Virus record (IMG/VR): IMGVR_UViG_3300009512_000010
Coordinates: 1-64,000 of that record
Length of the DNA stretch: 64,000 nucleotides
Source: a virus
Reading direction: 5' to 3' (one strand)
The notes beneath the pieces were generated by a model, which ran no database searches, had not been told where the DNA came from, and was given only the letters and a program-made list of their open reading frames with translations. Below, one piece after another: positions 10,697 to 20,748 of the stretch. Made by a program: the position numbers and the translations under genes. The number at the start of each line of letters is the position of its first letter. The first letter of the stretch is position 1.

Positions 10697-12168
10697 ACTG
10701 GTATTCCTGCATTAATCTGTGCTGTTGTAAGTGGACCCGATGATTTGGGGTTTGTTATCAAGTTTGTTTTACCAAAGGTTGCTCTAACATATTCTGGTAC
10801 GTCAAACCCAGGATCTACTTTACCTGCATCTGATGTGTCATTGTGTCCTAACGCCTGACCATCAGGCCATGCCTCATAGAACGACCTTACAAACATTCTA
10901 AATGTATTCATAGATGCAGGTGACAAGCTTTGTGCACTAATGTATCTATTGGGATTTGGCGTTCCACTTGGGCAGTTGTACCCCCCTGCCATAGAGACGC
11001 CGATTGAACGTCTGTTGTGACCATATGCGCCTGAGTGTGCACCCTGTCTATCCAATGGTCTTCCCCTTTGGAGTCTTCCATCCCTGCGTATAATGTAGTG
11101 GTATCCGCACCCAGACCAGCCACGATCTAAATGCCAAGAATGCACTTCGTCCGAACCGATATCTTGGTTAGTGTATGTGCCTGTCCAGTGGGCAACAAAC
11201 TGTGTAATTTCCCTATTAGTGTTTCTGAACTCTGCGATTAACTCTTCGGGAGAGTCAACGTAAGAAAACTGACCAGTGGTTATTGGTGTATTAGAACCTT
11301 CCCATGTAGCATTGTTCGATCCAATCTCAAAGCAGTCGGTTGTCTTCTGCCCCACAACAGGACTGGCACCATTACTTATGTTAGCACTTGGTGATAGGTC
11401 AAGGTTGTTGACCGTTTGTTCTATCTCTCCGAATGGTAAAGTCGATTGTGCAGAGATAAGAGCAATTGCTGTAGCTTTATCACCCCTCTCAATCAGACTT
11501 GCAATGATATCGATATCGATGTCAGTACCGATTAGTAGACCTTGAGTTATCAAATCAAAACTCTTGTCCGCTTTCCTAATCAAATTGCTTAGGAGACCAC
11601 CGCCAACACTACCCATAAGATCCTTGAAGCTACCTTCAAATGCCTTAGTAACATCCGCAATACCAGTTGAAATGCCAAGCCCTCCCGAAATGGATGCTGT
11701 TATTTTACTAATACCCTCTTGCCCATCTAGTGTAGCAACGGATTTTAACACTGAACTAATATCTTCTGCGGTCTTGCCTGTCACATTCGTGAGTGCTCTT
11801 GAGATAGCTTCGGGTGCGCCAGAACTAATTATAAGATCCAATTCACCGTTGGCAATTGTTTCTCCAATCGCACTACTGATATTGCTAGTTGTAGATGATA
11901 TGTCACCAATGAGTTCGTTTGATAATCCAGGAACTTGGCCTGTGATCTCTACAATTGAATCCAAAGCACTCACGTTGTCAAGGATATTGTCTCCACCACT
12001 AAGGGGAAGGATACCCGACACCGCTTCACCAACCTTAGTTAGTGATGTCTCTAGTTTACAAGATGTTGCGCCTACAATCTGAGACTTTTTCTCAAGTATC
12101 GCATCAAGATTACTGTTCTTTAAAATGCCAGATAGTTGACTATTAAGATTGTTGATATTAATTGCCAT
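10693..12168 (-). CDS. N-acetylmuramoyl-L-alanine amidase (Amidase_2, T7-lysozyme type) with long N-terminal extension
   Basis: VAHWT, HSWHLDRGWSGCGYHYII, GAH, GHND..KVDPGFDV motifs; start placed at MAININ (12168). Confidence 0.85.
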   Translation of the reverse strand: MAININNLNSQLSGILKNSNLDAILEKKSQIVGATSCKLETSLTKVGEAVSGILPLSGGDNILDNVSALDSIVEITGQVPGLSNELIGDISSTTSNISSAIGETIANGELDLIISSGAPEAISRALTNVTGKTAEDISSVLKSVATLDGQEGISKITASISGGLGISTGIADVTKAFEGSFKDLMGSVGGGLLSNLIRKADKSFDLITQGLLIGTDIDIDIIASLIERGDKATAIALISAQSTLPFGEIEQTVNNLDLSPSANISNGASPVVGQKTTDCFEIGSNNATWEGSNTPITTGQFSYVDSPEELIAEFRNTNREITQFVAHWTGTYTNQDIGSDEVHSWHLDRGWSGCGYHYIIRRDGRLQRGRPLDRQGAHSGAYGHNRRSIGVSMAGGYNCPSGTPNPNRYISAQSLSPASMNTFRMFVRSFYEAWPDGQALGHNDTSDAGKVDPGFDVPEYVRATFGKTNLITNPKSSGPLTTAQINAGIPV

Positions 12169-13024
12169 TATAAGCCTCCAATACTGCTTTAGCATGTGCT
12201 ACACGCTGTGCCTTATGTGCATACCTTGCATTAGGTGCTTCGTACTTGTCGCAGAAGAACTCTGTTGCAGTTGTGATATTTGTCATTTCTCTAAATTGGG
12301 AATACCCATAGTATCCCGGATTTATTGTAGAAAACTCATACAATAAAAATGCTAGTTGAGTTTCCAATTCACCAATCTGCAATCCACGTTCTTCAGAGAA
12401 GTCCTCTAACAACTGTAGTCTTCCAGCCGCTGGATTCCACTGAGCAATACCAAAAGAGTCCTCTCCTGTAAATCCAGATGTGACACCCGGATCTAGGTTA
12501 GATTCTTGAATAAGATTTCCTATTATAGCAGATGCCTGTATTGGTGTAAAGCCATTAGTTACAAAGAAGTTAAACGATTTTTCCGAATTAGATCCACCAA
12601 CCGCACTCCTAGTATCAATTGTATTATTTGATACGACAGGGCTACCCACTGGTGTGGCACCAGTAGAAGAGTTTCTACCAACATGCTGATCAATCGGATC
12701 CCCTTGTTCAAATCGTGGCATCGATCCCATGATGACTGGTACTTGACTTTGTTCTCCATCCATAAACATACCAAATACCTGAGCACCCGGAAGTAAACCC
12801 ACAGATCTACCAATTCCAGACATACCACCCTCAGTGGTTGGAATAAGGACTTGCGCCCATGGCAGTGAGCTTTCTGGAACTTCATTAACATCTTCGTTAT
12901 GAATTCCAAATATCCTAACTCTAACTCTAGCAACTCTTAATGGATCTTGCACATCGATTACAACACCAATGAACCACCTATGAATATCTCCGTAGAAATT
13001 GGATTGAATGGGTGTGAAACTCAT
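12158..13024 (-). CDS. gp5: gp5 N-terminal OB-fold fused to Phage_lysozyme2-type muramidase
   Basis: WFIGVVIDVQDPLRVARVRVRIFGIH, LPWAQV, VFGMFMDGE..Q.P; then GFTPIQASAIIGNLIQES, FGIAQW, YEAP. Confidence 0.88.
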   Translation of the reverse strand: MSFTPIQSNFYGDIHRWFIGVVIDVQDPLRVARVRVRIFGIHNEDVNEVPESSLPWAQVLIPTTEGGMSGIGRSVGLLPGAQVFGMFMDGEQSQVPVIMGSMPRFEQGDPIDQHVGRNSSTGATPVGSPVVSNNTIDTRSAVGGSNSEKSFNFFVTNGFTPIQASAIIGNLIQESNLDPGVTSGFTGEDSFGIAQWNPAAGRLQLLEDFSEERGLQIGELETQLAFLLYEFSTINPGYYGYSQFREMTNITTATEFFCDKYEAPNARYAHKAQRVAHAKAVLEAYNGN

Positions 13025-14259
13025 AATTTAGAAACTCCTAGTGTTACTTTGTGCTTCTCGTCAAAGAAGCTATGCCGTATGGATGATATGATAAACTCAC
13101 CAGACTTTTGATCATCAAGAACTGTCTCTTCACCTTCCATAGCAGTAACTTCCAATTCGATTTTACCGCCGATTGTTGGAGTATCAAGTTGCATGAACAG
13201 AGTACCAGTGACTGTCATAACAGCCGTGTTATTGCCCATTGCTTTGATAACAGCTTTTCGTCTGATCTTAGACTTTAGATTATCAACTTCTTCGTCATAT
13301 CCATACCCATCCATTCTAACCGATGAAGGTGCTGTAATGCCAAAGACGAAGTTTGACTCATATTCAGTAATTTTCTTACCCCCAACCTCAAATTCCGTAT
13401 CGATTAGTTGAGTGTCAGGTAACATTTCAGTTATCTTAAATTCTGGATTACTAATTCTGTTTCCGAATACAGTATCTAGCACATCATATCTGGCACCAAC
13501 CGAACCACTTGAGATATTGACTAAAGTATCGTTCCTACTGCTATATTCAATGTTTTCTATTGTGAATAGGTTTTTATCAGGATCGGCACTTGCCGCAATA
13601 GCACTCGATTTAACAAATGGTCTATTGAACAGTGGTTCTGCATCTAGAATATCTTCTAGACTTGTCATAAAGACATCATCACTCTTGATAGATCCAAACA
13701 AGAAGTATGGAAATCCTTTATTGGTTGTCAAACCGTTTAGCACCCAATTTAGAGTTACGACTGGTGTTATATATGGTGTAACAATGGACAGAGATCTCTG
13801 AACAGGATCTATGTTCATCATAGTGGTGTCTAAACTCACACCCAACTCACCATCAAGAACTCTCGTAACGATCTGTTCTGGTGTACCCTCATACGCTTTA
13901 CTAATCACTTGAAGATGGCTTCTGAATACATGCTCAGTCATTAAAGAAAATACATATGTCATAGTGGTGTCGTTCACTACTGTAACGGAAGCTGTTTCAT
14001 ACATGATAAAACGCTTCTTAATGCTCTTCTCTTGGACGTGGTTTAATACTTCTATTTCAAGTATCTCTGTACCAGTGAACTGCGAACTAGCAAACAAGTT
14101 GGCGTTGTCAACAATAAGTATCTTACCAGAAATCCCAATGCTTTTTATATTCTCAACAAGTATCAGTTCACCAATAACAGTAGAGACATCAATCTCTTGA
14201 TCACCCTTTATAATAATTGCTTTTTGATATTGATATTGACTTGCCGTTGTGTCAGACAT
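13021..14259 (-). CDS. Putative baseplate hub protein (gp27-like)
   Basis: Position between gp53 and gp5, about 410 aa, ends SGEFIISSIRHSF. Confidence 0.6.
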   Translation of the reverse strand: MSDTTASQYQYQKAIIIKGDQEIDVSTVIGELILVENIKSIGISGKILIVDNANLFASSQFTGTEILEIEVLNHVQEKSIKKRFIMYETASVTVVNDTTMTYVFSLMTEHVFRSHLQVISKAYEGTPEQIVTRVLDGELGVSLDTTMMNIDPVQRSLSIVTPYITPVVTLNWVLNGLTTNKGFPYFLFGSIKSDDVFMTSLEDILDAEPLFNRPFVKSSAIAASADPDKNLFTIENIEYSSRNDTLVNISSGSVGARYDVLDTVFGNRISNPEFKITEMLPDTQLIDTEFEVGGKKITEYESNFVFGITAPSSVRMDGYGYDEEVDNLKSKIRRKAVIKAMGNNTAVMTVTGTLFMQLDTPTIGGKIELEVTAMEGEETVLDDQKSGEFIISSIRHSFFDEKHKVTLGVSKL

Positions 14260-14985
14260 TTAAGTTTCCTTTAACTTAGAACTAAACTGTGAGGCAACTC
14301 TTTGAACTATTTTAGGATTAAGAACAATAATGTTAGACAGATTGTCGTTGAAGTCAATCATTCTTTGTATATGGGTCTTGGCTGTGAGGCCACCCAAGTC
14401 TGGATTATGAGGATTGATATCGGCATACTCTAACTCAGCATTCTCATAGTGATGAACTGAATCATATTGTGTGCTTTCACCAGTGATGATACATGTTTGA
14501 ATGTCACCGCCTGTGCCAACTGTAAGGGTCTCGCCTACGTTGAAGTTATCATTTGTTTTGATAACAATAGTACCAAGATTAAGGTTTACTTCCACAACAG
14601 GTCCTGTAGAACCCGACTGAGAACCTGTAACGATCTGCCCCTTTTTAAAGTTAGTCGTACCTATATCAGTTGTTGTCGTAACAACTCTATGGGGATAGTT
14701 CTCCAAAGCTGTGTGATATAGCTCGTTAGATCCTAAAGGCCAACCACTTTCTTTCAAAGAATTATTACATAGGAAGAAAGTCCAATAGTATTGGGTTGTT
14801 CCATAGAGTTTGTACGATAGAGTGTCGGGTCTTTCGCCTTGCATAATTGTATACTTTTCATATATCGTAGTATTGCCCACCGATTCTTCTGACAGAATTG
14901 CGGCTTTACCAAAGTTTTGAAACTTGACAAACGGCTCATTCGAACCAAACTTGTATATCGTATCTGGAAAATTCTTAAAAAACAT
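14260..14985 (-). CDS. gp53: Baseplate wedge subunit gp53
   Basis: MFFKNFP, YTIMQGERPDTLSYKLYGTTQYYW...N...WP motifs. Confidence 0.9.
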   Translation of the reverse strand: MFFKNFPDTIYKFGSNEPFVKFQNFGKAAILSEESVGNTTIYEKYTIMQGERPDTLSYKLYGTTQYYWTFFLCNNSLKESGWPLGSNELYHTALENYPHRVVTTTTDIGTTNFKKGQIVTGSQSGSTGPVVEVNLNLGTIVIKTNDNFNVGETLTVGTGGDIQTCIITGESTQYDSVHHYENAELEYADINPHNPDLGGLTAKTHIQRMIDFNDNLSNIIVLNPKIVQRVASQFSSKLKET

Positions 14986-14989
14986 CTAT

Positions 14990-15973
14990 CTATCTCCCCA
15001 TCTGTGCTATGTCTTGTTTATTGAGAGGACGGATCTCTGTAAACGATAGGGTAATCTGAGCATCAGTAAAGCCACCATCATCATAAAAACCTTGTCCTGC
15101 ACTATTATAAGTGACCTGACAGTTCGTGAGGTATGAAGTCAAGATTTTAGTAAATACACTTTTACCTTTATATTTCATGGTAATGTCAAAAGGATCTGGA
15201 AACTTATATCCGACTGCAATTTGACCAACACCAATCTCATCTGGATACATTGCCACTCTAAATTTCTTAATGATTTCTTTGATACGCTCTACTTCCTCTG
15301 CACTATTAGGCACTAGCTTGAAAGTGAATGAGTGGGATCTAGAAGAAACGCTTTGAAACAGTGTACGACTGTTGGGGTTTAGAGCAACACGTGTAGCAGA
15401 TGATACACCCTGTGCGGCCTGTGTGTTTAACCTACTTGCAACTTTTAGTGCCGCTAACGATCCACCAGATCCACCAGCAGTACCAACAATAGCATCAATA
15501 AAGCCCTTTGCTTCATTACCCATTGAGCTTGCGGCTGAAGCGATCATGCCAGATCCATTCGACATTCCAGCTTCTACTCCTGCGCCAATGGCACCTAGAT
15601 CTGCATTTTGATATCCAATGGTATCATTGAAGTTTTGTGCTGATGGCATTCTAAGCTGAATCGACCAATCACCCAATTTTCCCTGATCCATACGTTTGAT
15701 ACTTAGGTTTGGTTCTCTTGGTTGAACGTTTAGTGCCGCTTCTAATGCTTCTGAGGCTACATTATTCGCCACATCCGCCGCACTGTTTCCCTCTTGCCCT
15801 TCTGCGACATCTGCCGAAACTTCTGCAACAGTCCTTGCGATATCCGCAGAATTACTAACAAACTTTGATATATCCAATGGTGCAATTTCTCGTGGTCTGA
15901 AAGAAATGATTGCAGGATATTCTCCCTTATTGTCAATGGGGAATTCATAGACCTGTTTAAGTTGTTGTGGCAT
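14990..15973 (-). CDS. gp48: Baseplate tail-tube cap gp48
   Basis: NPNSRTLFQSVSSRSHSFTFKLVPNSAEE, C-terminal LSFTEI. Confidence 0.85.
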   Translation of the reverse strand: MPQQLKQVYEFPIDNKGEYPAIISFRPREIAPLDISKFVSNSADIARTVAEVSADVAEGQEGNSAADVANNVASEALEAALNVQPREPNLSIKRMDQGKLGDWSIQLRMPSAQNFNDTIGYQNADLGAIGAGVEAGMSNGSGMIASAASSMGNEAKGFIDAIVGTAGGSGGSLAALKVASRLNTQAAQGVSSATRVALNPNSRTLFQSVSSRSHSFTFKLVPNSAEEVERIKEIIKKFRVAMYPDEIGVGQIAVGYKFPDPFDITMKYKGKSVFTKILTSYLTNCQVTYNSAGQGFYDDGGFTDAQITLSFTEIRPLNKQDIAQMGR

Positions 15974-15984
15974 GTTTAAACCTT

Positions 15985-16015
15985 AATAAATAGAAGTGCA
16001 TCGGTATTATTTATA
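15985..16015. promoter_or_regulatory. Divergent late promoters: AATAAATA (+, 15985-15992) and TATAAATA (-, 16008-16015)
   Basis: Both motifs lie in the 51-bp gap between divergent gp48 and gp4. Confidence 0.7.
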
Positions 16016-16024
16016 AGGCAAATC

Positions 16025-16543
16025 ATGGCGCATAGTGGAAAATTTAAACCTAAAAACATAACAAAGTACAAGGGAGACTACACAAAGATCACTTATAGGT
16101 CTGGTTGGGAACTAAGATGCTTTAAGTGGTGTGACGATAGTCCTATGGTGAAGTATTGGTCAAGTGAAGAAGTGGTCATTCCCTACATGTATGATGTGGA
16201 TAAACGCATGCATAGATACTTCATGGATCTCAAGATCACATGGAAGGATGGATCTGTGGATCTTATTGAGATCAAACCAGACAAAGAGACAAGACCACCA
16301 GAATATAAGGGTAAGAAGACCAAGCGTTATATCAATGAGAGTTTGACTTACATCAAGAACCAAAACAAATGGACAACTGCCCGAAGCTACGCCAAGGATA
16401 GGGATTGGGGTTTCCAGATCTGGACTGAGCACACATTAGAAAAGATGGGTCTTATGCCTAAAAAGACCAAGCCACTTAAGTCGGCTAAGGTTGCGTTTAA
16501 ACCATTAAAACCGTTGAAGGTCAAAAAGCGGACTAAAAAGTAG
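16025..16543 (+). CDS. gp4: Head completion nuclease gp4
   Basis: GKFKPKN..KY.GD, YRSGWE, WSSEE, HRYFMD, IEIKP, NQNKW motifs. Confidence 0.93.
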   Translation: MAHSGKFKPKNITKYKGDYTKITYRSGWELRCFKWCDDSPMVKYWSSEEVVIPYMYDVDKRMHRYFMDLKITWKDGSVDLIEIKPDKETRPPEYKGKKTKRYINESLTYIKNQNKWTTARSYAKDRDWGFQIWTEHTLEKMGLMPKKTKPLKSAKVAFKPLKPLKVKKRTKK

Positions 16544-16551
16544 TATAAATA
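16544..16551 (+). promoter_or_regulatory. T4-type late promoter TATAAATA
   Basis: Exact motif just upstream of gp2. Confidence 0.75.
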
Positions 16552-16556
16552 ACATT

Positions 16557-17150
16557 ATGAACAAAAGCGTATTCGACAGATTAGAGATAGAAGCATTCCG
16601 TGCAGGTATTACTCCACGGACTGATCAAAGCCGTGCATGGTTTCGTAGACGTGCACAAGCAATGCGAAGAGTCAACAGAGAAGGTATTATGCAAGCCGAA
16701 CAGATGCAGTCCACTGGTAGGACAGAGTCTGTTGTGGGAAGCATGTACATGTTTTTCTATGACCCTAAGCACAAAGAGACATTACCATATTATGACCAAT
16801 TTCCTTTAATTTTTGTTCTCGGAGATGCGCCCGGTGGGTTCTTGGGTATGAACCTTCATTACCTACCACCACTATTGCGTCAAAAACTATTAAAAGCCTT
16901 ACTTGATCTAGCGAGTAACGATAAGTACAACAAAAGAACTAAACTGATGTTGTCCTACGATCTGCTCAAAGGATCTTCTAAGTATGCCGCATTCAAACCG
17001 ACAATTAAGCACTATCTAACATCACATGTTAAAACACGTCTAGCTAAAGTTCCAGCCGCCGAATGGGAGATTGCAATATTCTTACCTATGGCACAGTGGA
17101 AGAAAGCAAGTGCAACTCAGGTGTATAGAGACTCAAGGAAAATGATCTAA
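16557..17150 (+). CDS. gp2: DNA end protector gp2
   Basis: MFFYDPKHKETLPYYDQFPL, GFLGMNLHYLPP, IKHYL motifs. Confidence 0.93.
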   Translation: MNKSVFDRLEIEAFRAGITPRTDQSRAWFRRRAQAMRRVNREGIMQAEQMQSTGRTESVVGSMYMFFYDPKHKETLPYYDQFPLIFVLGDAPGGFLGMNLHYLPPLLRQKLLKALLDLASNDKYNKRTKLMLSYDLLKGSSKYAAFKPTIKHYLTSHVKTRLAKVPAAEWEIAIFLPMAQWKKASATQVYRDSRKMI

Positions 17151-17797
17151 TGTTCAATGTGGATGAAATGAAGGCAATGATCTCTAAAAAGGGTGGCTTC
17201 GCACAAGCCAACCAATTCAGAGTAGTACTTCCTGCACCAAGAACTATATCAAGACAGACTGATAGACGTGGTCTCGCTGAAGACATACGTGATATTAACC
17301 TACTATGTAAAGATGTGAACCTACCAGGAAGACAGATCCTAACACAGGAACGTCAGATTGGTATGACTAACCGTAAGGTTGCATATGGGTATGGGTATGA
17401 GGACGTGTCTATGACGTTCCATCTTATGAACGATTATGGCATGAAAAGATACTTTGAAAATTGGCAAGAACAGATAATTGATTTCGAAACAAAAGAGTTA
17501 AAATATAAGAACACATACACTCACGACATTGAAATTATACAATATAGAAAGGGTGTAGCAACTGCATCCAAATCTAGCACAACTAACATTGGTTTTGATA
17601 TCAATGATAATCTAAGATTTGACCTAGACATAACTAAGACGAAGAGGGGCATCGTAGCCCCAGCAGTTGAAGTGTATAAGTGCAAATTGATAAACGCATT
17701 CCCAACAACCTTGAATGCTTTACAACTAAACAATGAGCAAAATGGTTTGCTTGAAATTAATGTCCAATTTTCATATGACGATTGGGTGTCTACTTAA
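17150..17797 (+). CDS. Tail tube family protein (gp54/gp19-like tube initiator)
   Basis: GGFAQANQFRV, LLCKDVNLPG, YFENWQ, NAFPT motifs. Confidence 0.75.
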   Translation: MFNVDEMKAMISKKGGFAQANQFRVVLPAPRTISRQTDRRGLAEDIRDINLLCKDVNLPGRQILTQERQIGMTNRKVAYGYGYEDVSMTFHLMNDYGMKRYFENWQEQIIDFETKELKYKNTYTHDIEIIQYRKGVATASKSSTTNIGFDINDNLRFDLDITKTKRGIVAPAVEVYKCKLINAFPTTLNALQLNNEQNGLLEINVQFSYDDWVST

Positions 17798-17811
17798 ACA
17801 ATGGAGTTATT

Positions 17812-18522
17812 ATGGCTTTACCTAAACTAAATGATCAACCAAAATACGACTTGACAATCCCATCTAGTGGTGTTGAGATTCGAATCAGACCATTTTTGGT
17901 CAAAGAAGAAAAGGTTCTCCTACTCGCTATGGAGAGCCAAGATCAGTCGCAGATCCTATCTGCTATTGTTGATACTCTTGAGGCGTGTGTGTTAGGCGAT
18001 ATTGACGCAAATGCTCTAACAACGTTTGATATTGAATACCTATTCACTAAGCTGAGAACTAAATCGGTGGGCGAAAGTGCTAAGATTGAATTGTCATGTA
18101 CAAAGTGTGAAGCACAAAACCCTGTAACGGTTCCAATGGATGATGTTGGCGTTAAAGGTGATATGAATAGTCAAACTGCAAAAGTAGATTTGGGAAGTGG
18201 TATTAGCATCGATCTACAGTGGCCTCGTTATAAGACTATTGCAAACGACAAGACTGTTATTAGTGGTGGTGCAGAAGCTACATTCTCTATGATTAAACAT
18301 TGCATTAGTCATGTATGTACTGATGATGAGCGTATCAAGTTTGATGAGGAAAGCGCAAAGGAAAGAGATGACTTTGTCAACTCTATGACGAGTGAAAACT
18401 TTGGATCTATCAAAACCTTTATCGAAGCTATGCCCACACTGAAACATGACATCGATTTCAACTGTGTTGAATGTGGTCACAAGAACGAGTTTACCTTAGA
18501 GGGTATGCAAGATTTTTTTTAA
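17812..18522 (+). CDS. gp26: Baseplate hub assembly protein gp26
   Basis: MALPKL..PKY.L.IPS, RPFLVKEEK.LL.A.ES, FDIEYLF..LR.KSVGE, two CxxC, ends LEGMQDFF. Confidence 0.9.
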   Translation: MALPKLNDQPKYDLTIPSSGVEIRIRPFLVKEEKVLLLAMESQDQSQILSAIVDTLEACVLGDIDANALTTFDIEYLFTKLRTKSVGESAKIELSCTKCEAQNPVTVPMDDVGVKGDMNSQTAKVDLGSGISIDLQWPRYKTIANDKTVISGGAEATFSMIKHCISHVCTDDERIKFDEESAKERDDFVNSMTSENFGSIKTFIEAMPTLKHDIDFNCVECGHKNEFTLEGMQDFF

Positions 18523-18707
18523 TATGTCTATCCCATAATAGTATACTTAATTACTATAAGAACAACTTCGCACTGATGCAACATCACCAGTATAGTTTAG
18601 ATGAGATAGACGGATTGATACCATGGGAAAAGGAAGTGTATATTAGTATGCTTTCGGAATACATAAAAGAACAAGAAGAAGAACGGAAGCGACAGAAAAA
18701 TGGCTGA
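18513..18707 (+). CDS. gp51: Baseplate hub assembly catalyst gp51 (start uncertain; possibly reached by -1 frameshift from gp26)
   Basis: SHNSILNYYKNNFALMQHHQYSLDEIDGLIPWEKEVYISML motif. Confidence 0.85.
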   Translation, partial: FFLICLSHNSILNYYKNNFALMQHHQYSLDEIDGLIPWEKEVYISMLSEYIKEQEEERKRQKNG

Positions 18708-20538
18708 AACCACTCTCAATGATGTAGTCAAAACCCTACAGAAAGGTCAAGCAAAAGATGCTTTGCTGGCTAGAAGCTTTGACACATGGTTCAAGGCTAT
18801 GGAACGTGCACGTCTTGATGCTCTAGAGGAAGCTAGAGAGCGCAAGAAAGCCAGGCCTCTTGAGGTGAAGCAAGAGCGTTCCAAACGACCTAAAGACAAC
18901 GCTAAAGGCGGTTTCATGATCTTGGGTAAACTAATTGGACCTTTGACAGCATTCATTGCTGGCTTCGGCGCATTAGGTGCGGCTCTAGTGGGTTTCAGAG
19001 GATGGGAACTCAAGGCTATTAAGTCTTTGAATAATTTCGGTGGGTTCACTAAGCTGTTGAATCAAAAGTTCATCAATCTGAGAGCTACATTTTTTAGACG
19101 GTTGGGACTAGATCCTACGTTGGGTAAAGCTGTTGAGGGTAAGAGAACTCTTGCCACACCATTAACTACACAGTTGGCTAATGCTATAAGAACTTGGTTC
19201 TCTGCTTTACAACAGAAGTATTATAGGATCTTTGGTCTTGGTGTTGACGGAAAACCTGTCACGGTCAAAGGTGCTGATGGTAAGTTCAGACCACAAAGCA
19301 TTGTGTCTAGACTTGGCGTGAGAATAAACAGCCTCTTTAGACCTATAACTCGGCTATCGACTGCTATTGGTGGTTGGTTCACAGGAGCAGGAGCAAAGGT
19401 TATGACCTTTGTTAGGACTTTCCTTGGTAGAGGTGCTGGATTTCTTAGGCTAATGGGTAAAATACTATGGCCTATTGGTATTCTTATGTCAGCATTTGAT
19501 GGCATGAAAGCATATCAGAGTTCTGAAGAAGCCACAATCTTTGGTAGATTCGGTGATGGTCTTGCGGCAATGGTTGGATCCTTTATTGGTATTCCGTTTG
19601 ATATGATTAAGAATGGCATCCTTTGGATTATCCGTAGTATTACAGGCGCAGAAGTTGATGAGGACGGTAATTATGACACATCGACTGTAAGTGGTAAGAT
19701 ACTACAAGCCGCTACAGACTTTTCATTCACCGAACTGATTGGCAAGTTTGTTAAAGCACCATTCAATGCTATTATAGGTGTTCTCGATTGGATCAAAGAG
19801 AAGTTTGCTATATTCTCTGATGAAGGAGAAGGTGGTGGCATGAGCGGTGTTCTGAAATCTATATTTGATGACGCCCTAGCTCTTATGGGTTTTGATAAGA
19901 GTATGTCTGTAGGACAGATCATTGGTCAGATTGCTGTAGCACCCGCAACTGCCGCTATAAACTGGCTTGCTGGTATATTTGGATTTGAACTACCAGAAGG
20001 CTTTACTCTAAATCCAGTTACTTTGATAACGAAATATGGTAACGATGCATTCAATTGGGTTGCGTCTAAGTTTGGTTTCGAGTTCGCTGATGATGACTTT
20101 AGTATCACTGGTTGGATTAAGAACAAATGGGACAATGCTGTTGCTAAGATGCAAGAAGCATTTGTCGATCTAGGGTTATGGATGTCGATGATCGGACCTA
20201 AACTAAAGGTCATGGCTGTTGAAGCTATTAAGGAATATACAGGTAGTTGGATTGTTAGTGACGATACACTGGAAGAACTTAGGGCAGACGTTCAGCAAAG
20301 ACAAGATAATGCCGACAGGCTAAAAGAAGAACTGAGAGCACAAAGAGCACTCCTAACCGTAGTGCCAGACGCATTGCCACAAGATGGTAGTGGTAACACT
20401 GTTGTATTCTCAGCCCCAAGCGGTGGTGTGGATAACTCCACCTCAATTAATAATGAAATTAGACTAGATGCAAATCCTGGCGCTGACGCTTGGGTTGAAG
20501 AACAAATGTTACTACGTAGGCGTATGACAGCATTTTAG
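18700..20538 (+). CDS. Putative tape measure protein (gp29-like)
   Basis: 612 aa, helical Gly/Ala/aromatic-rich, follows gp26/gp51, length close to T4 gp29. Confidence 0.65.
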   Translation: MAETTLNDVVKTLQKGQAKDALLARSFDTWFKAMERARLDALEEARERKKARPLEVKQERSKRPKDNAKGGFMILGKLIGPLTAFIAGFGALGAALVGFRGWELKAIKSLNNFGGFTKLLNQKFINLRATFFRRLGLDPTLGKAVEGKRTLATPLTTQLANAIRTWFSALQQKYYRIFGLGVDGKPVTVKGADGKFRPQSIVSRLGVRINSLFRPITRLSTAIGGWFTGAGAKVMTFVRTFLGRGAGFLRLMGKILWPIGILMSAFDGMKAYQSSEEATIFGRFGDGLAAMVGSFIGIPFDMIKNGILWIIRSITGAEVDEDGNYDTSTVSGKILQAATDFSFTELIGKFVKAPFNAIIGVLDWIKEKFAIFSDEGEGGGMSGVLKSIFDDALALMGFDKSMSVGQIIGQIAVAPATAAINWLAGIFGFELPEGFTLNPVTLITKYGNDAFNWVASKFGFEFADDDFSITGWIKNKWDNAVAKMQEAFVDLGLWMSMIGPKLKVMAVEAIKEYTGSWIVSDDTLEELRADVQQRQDNADRLKEELRAQRALLTVVPDALPQDGSGNTVVFSAPSGGVDNSTSINNEIRLDANPGADAWVEEQMLLRRRMTAF

Positions 20539-20553
20539 ATTAGAGGAAATGAA

Positions 20554-20748
20554 ATGTATGTAATGATAACACTATTGATGCTTCACGGTCAGTTTTCTGT
20601 ACAGGCACCTAACATAACATTCACTACTTTGAATGATTGTATGAGAGCAAAGACTCTACAGAATAAGATATTAGATCTTACCAGACCAGATGCTGATGCT
20701 ACACATATAACCAAATGTGTTAAGATGGTTAAGGACTTGCAAGCGTAA
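20554..20748 (+). CDS. Small hypothetical protein (two Cys)
   Basis: ORF with GAGGA Shine-Dalgarno, ends at a terminator. Confidence 0.6.
   Translation: MYVMITLLMLHGQFSVQAPNITFTTLNDCMRAKTLQNKILDLTRPDADATHITKCVKMVKDLQA

Noticed and set aside
260-15948. Many + strand and off-frame ORFs over the baseplate genes (e.g. 4148-4630, 11564-12082)
   Set aside because: Antisense or shadow frames of well-supported structural genes; no motifs
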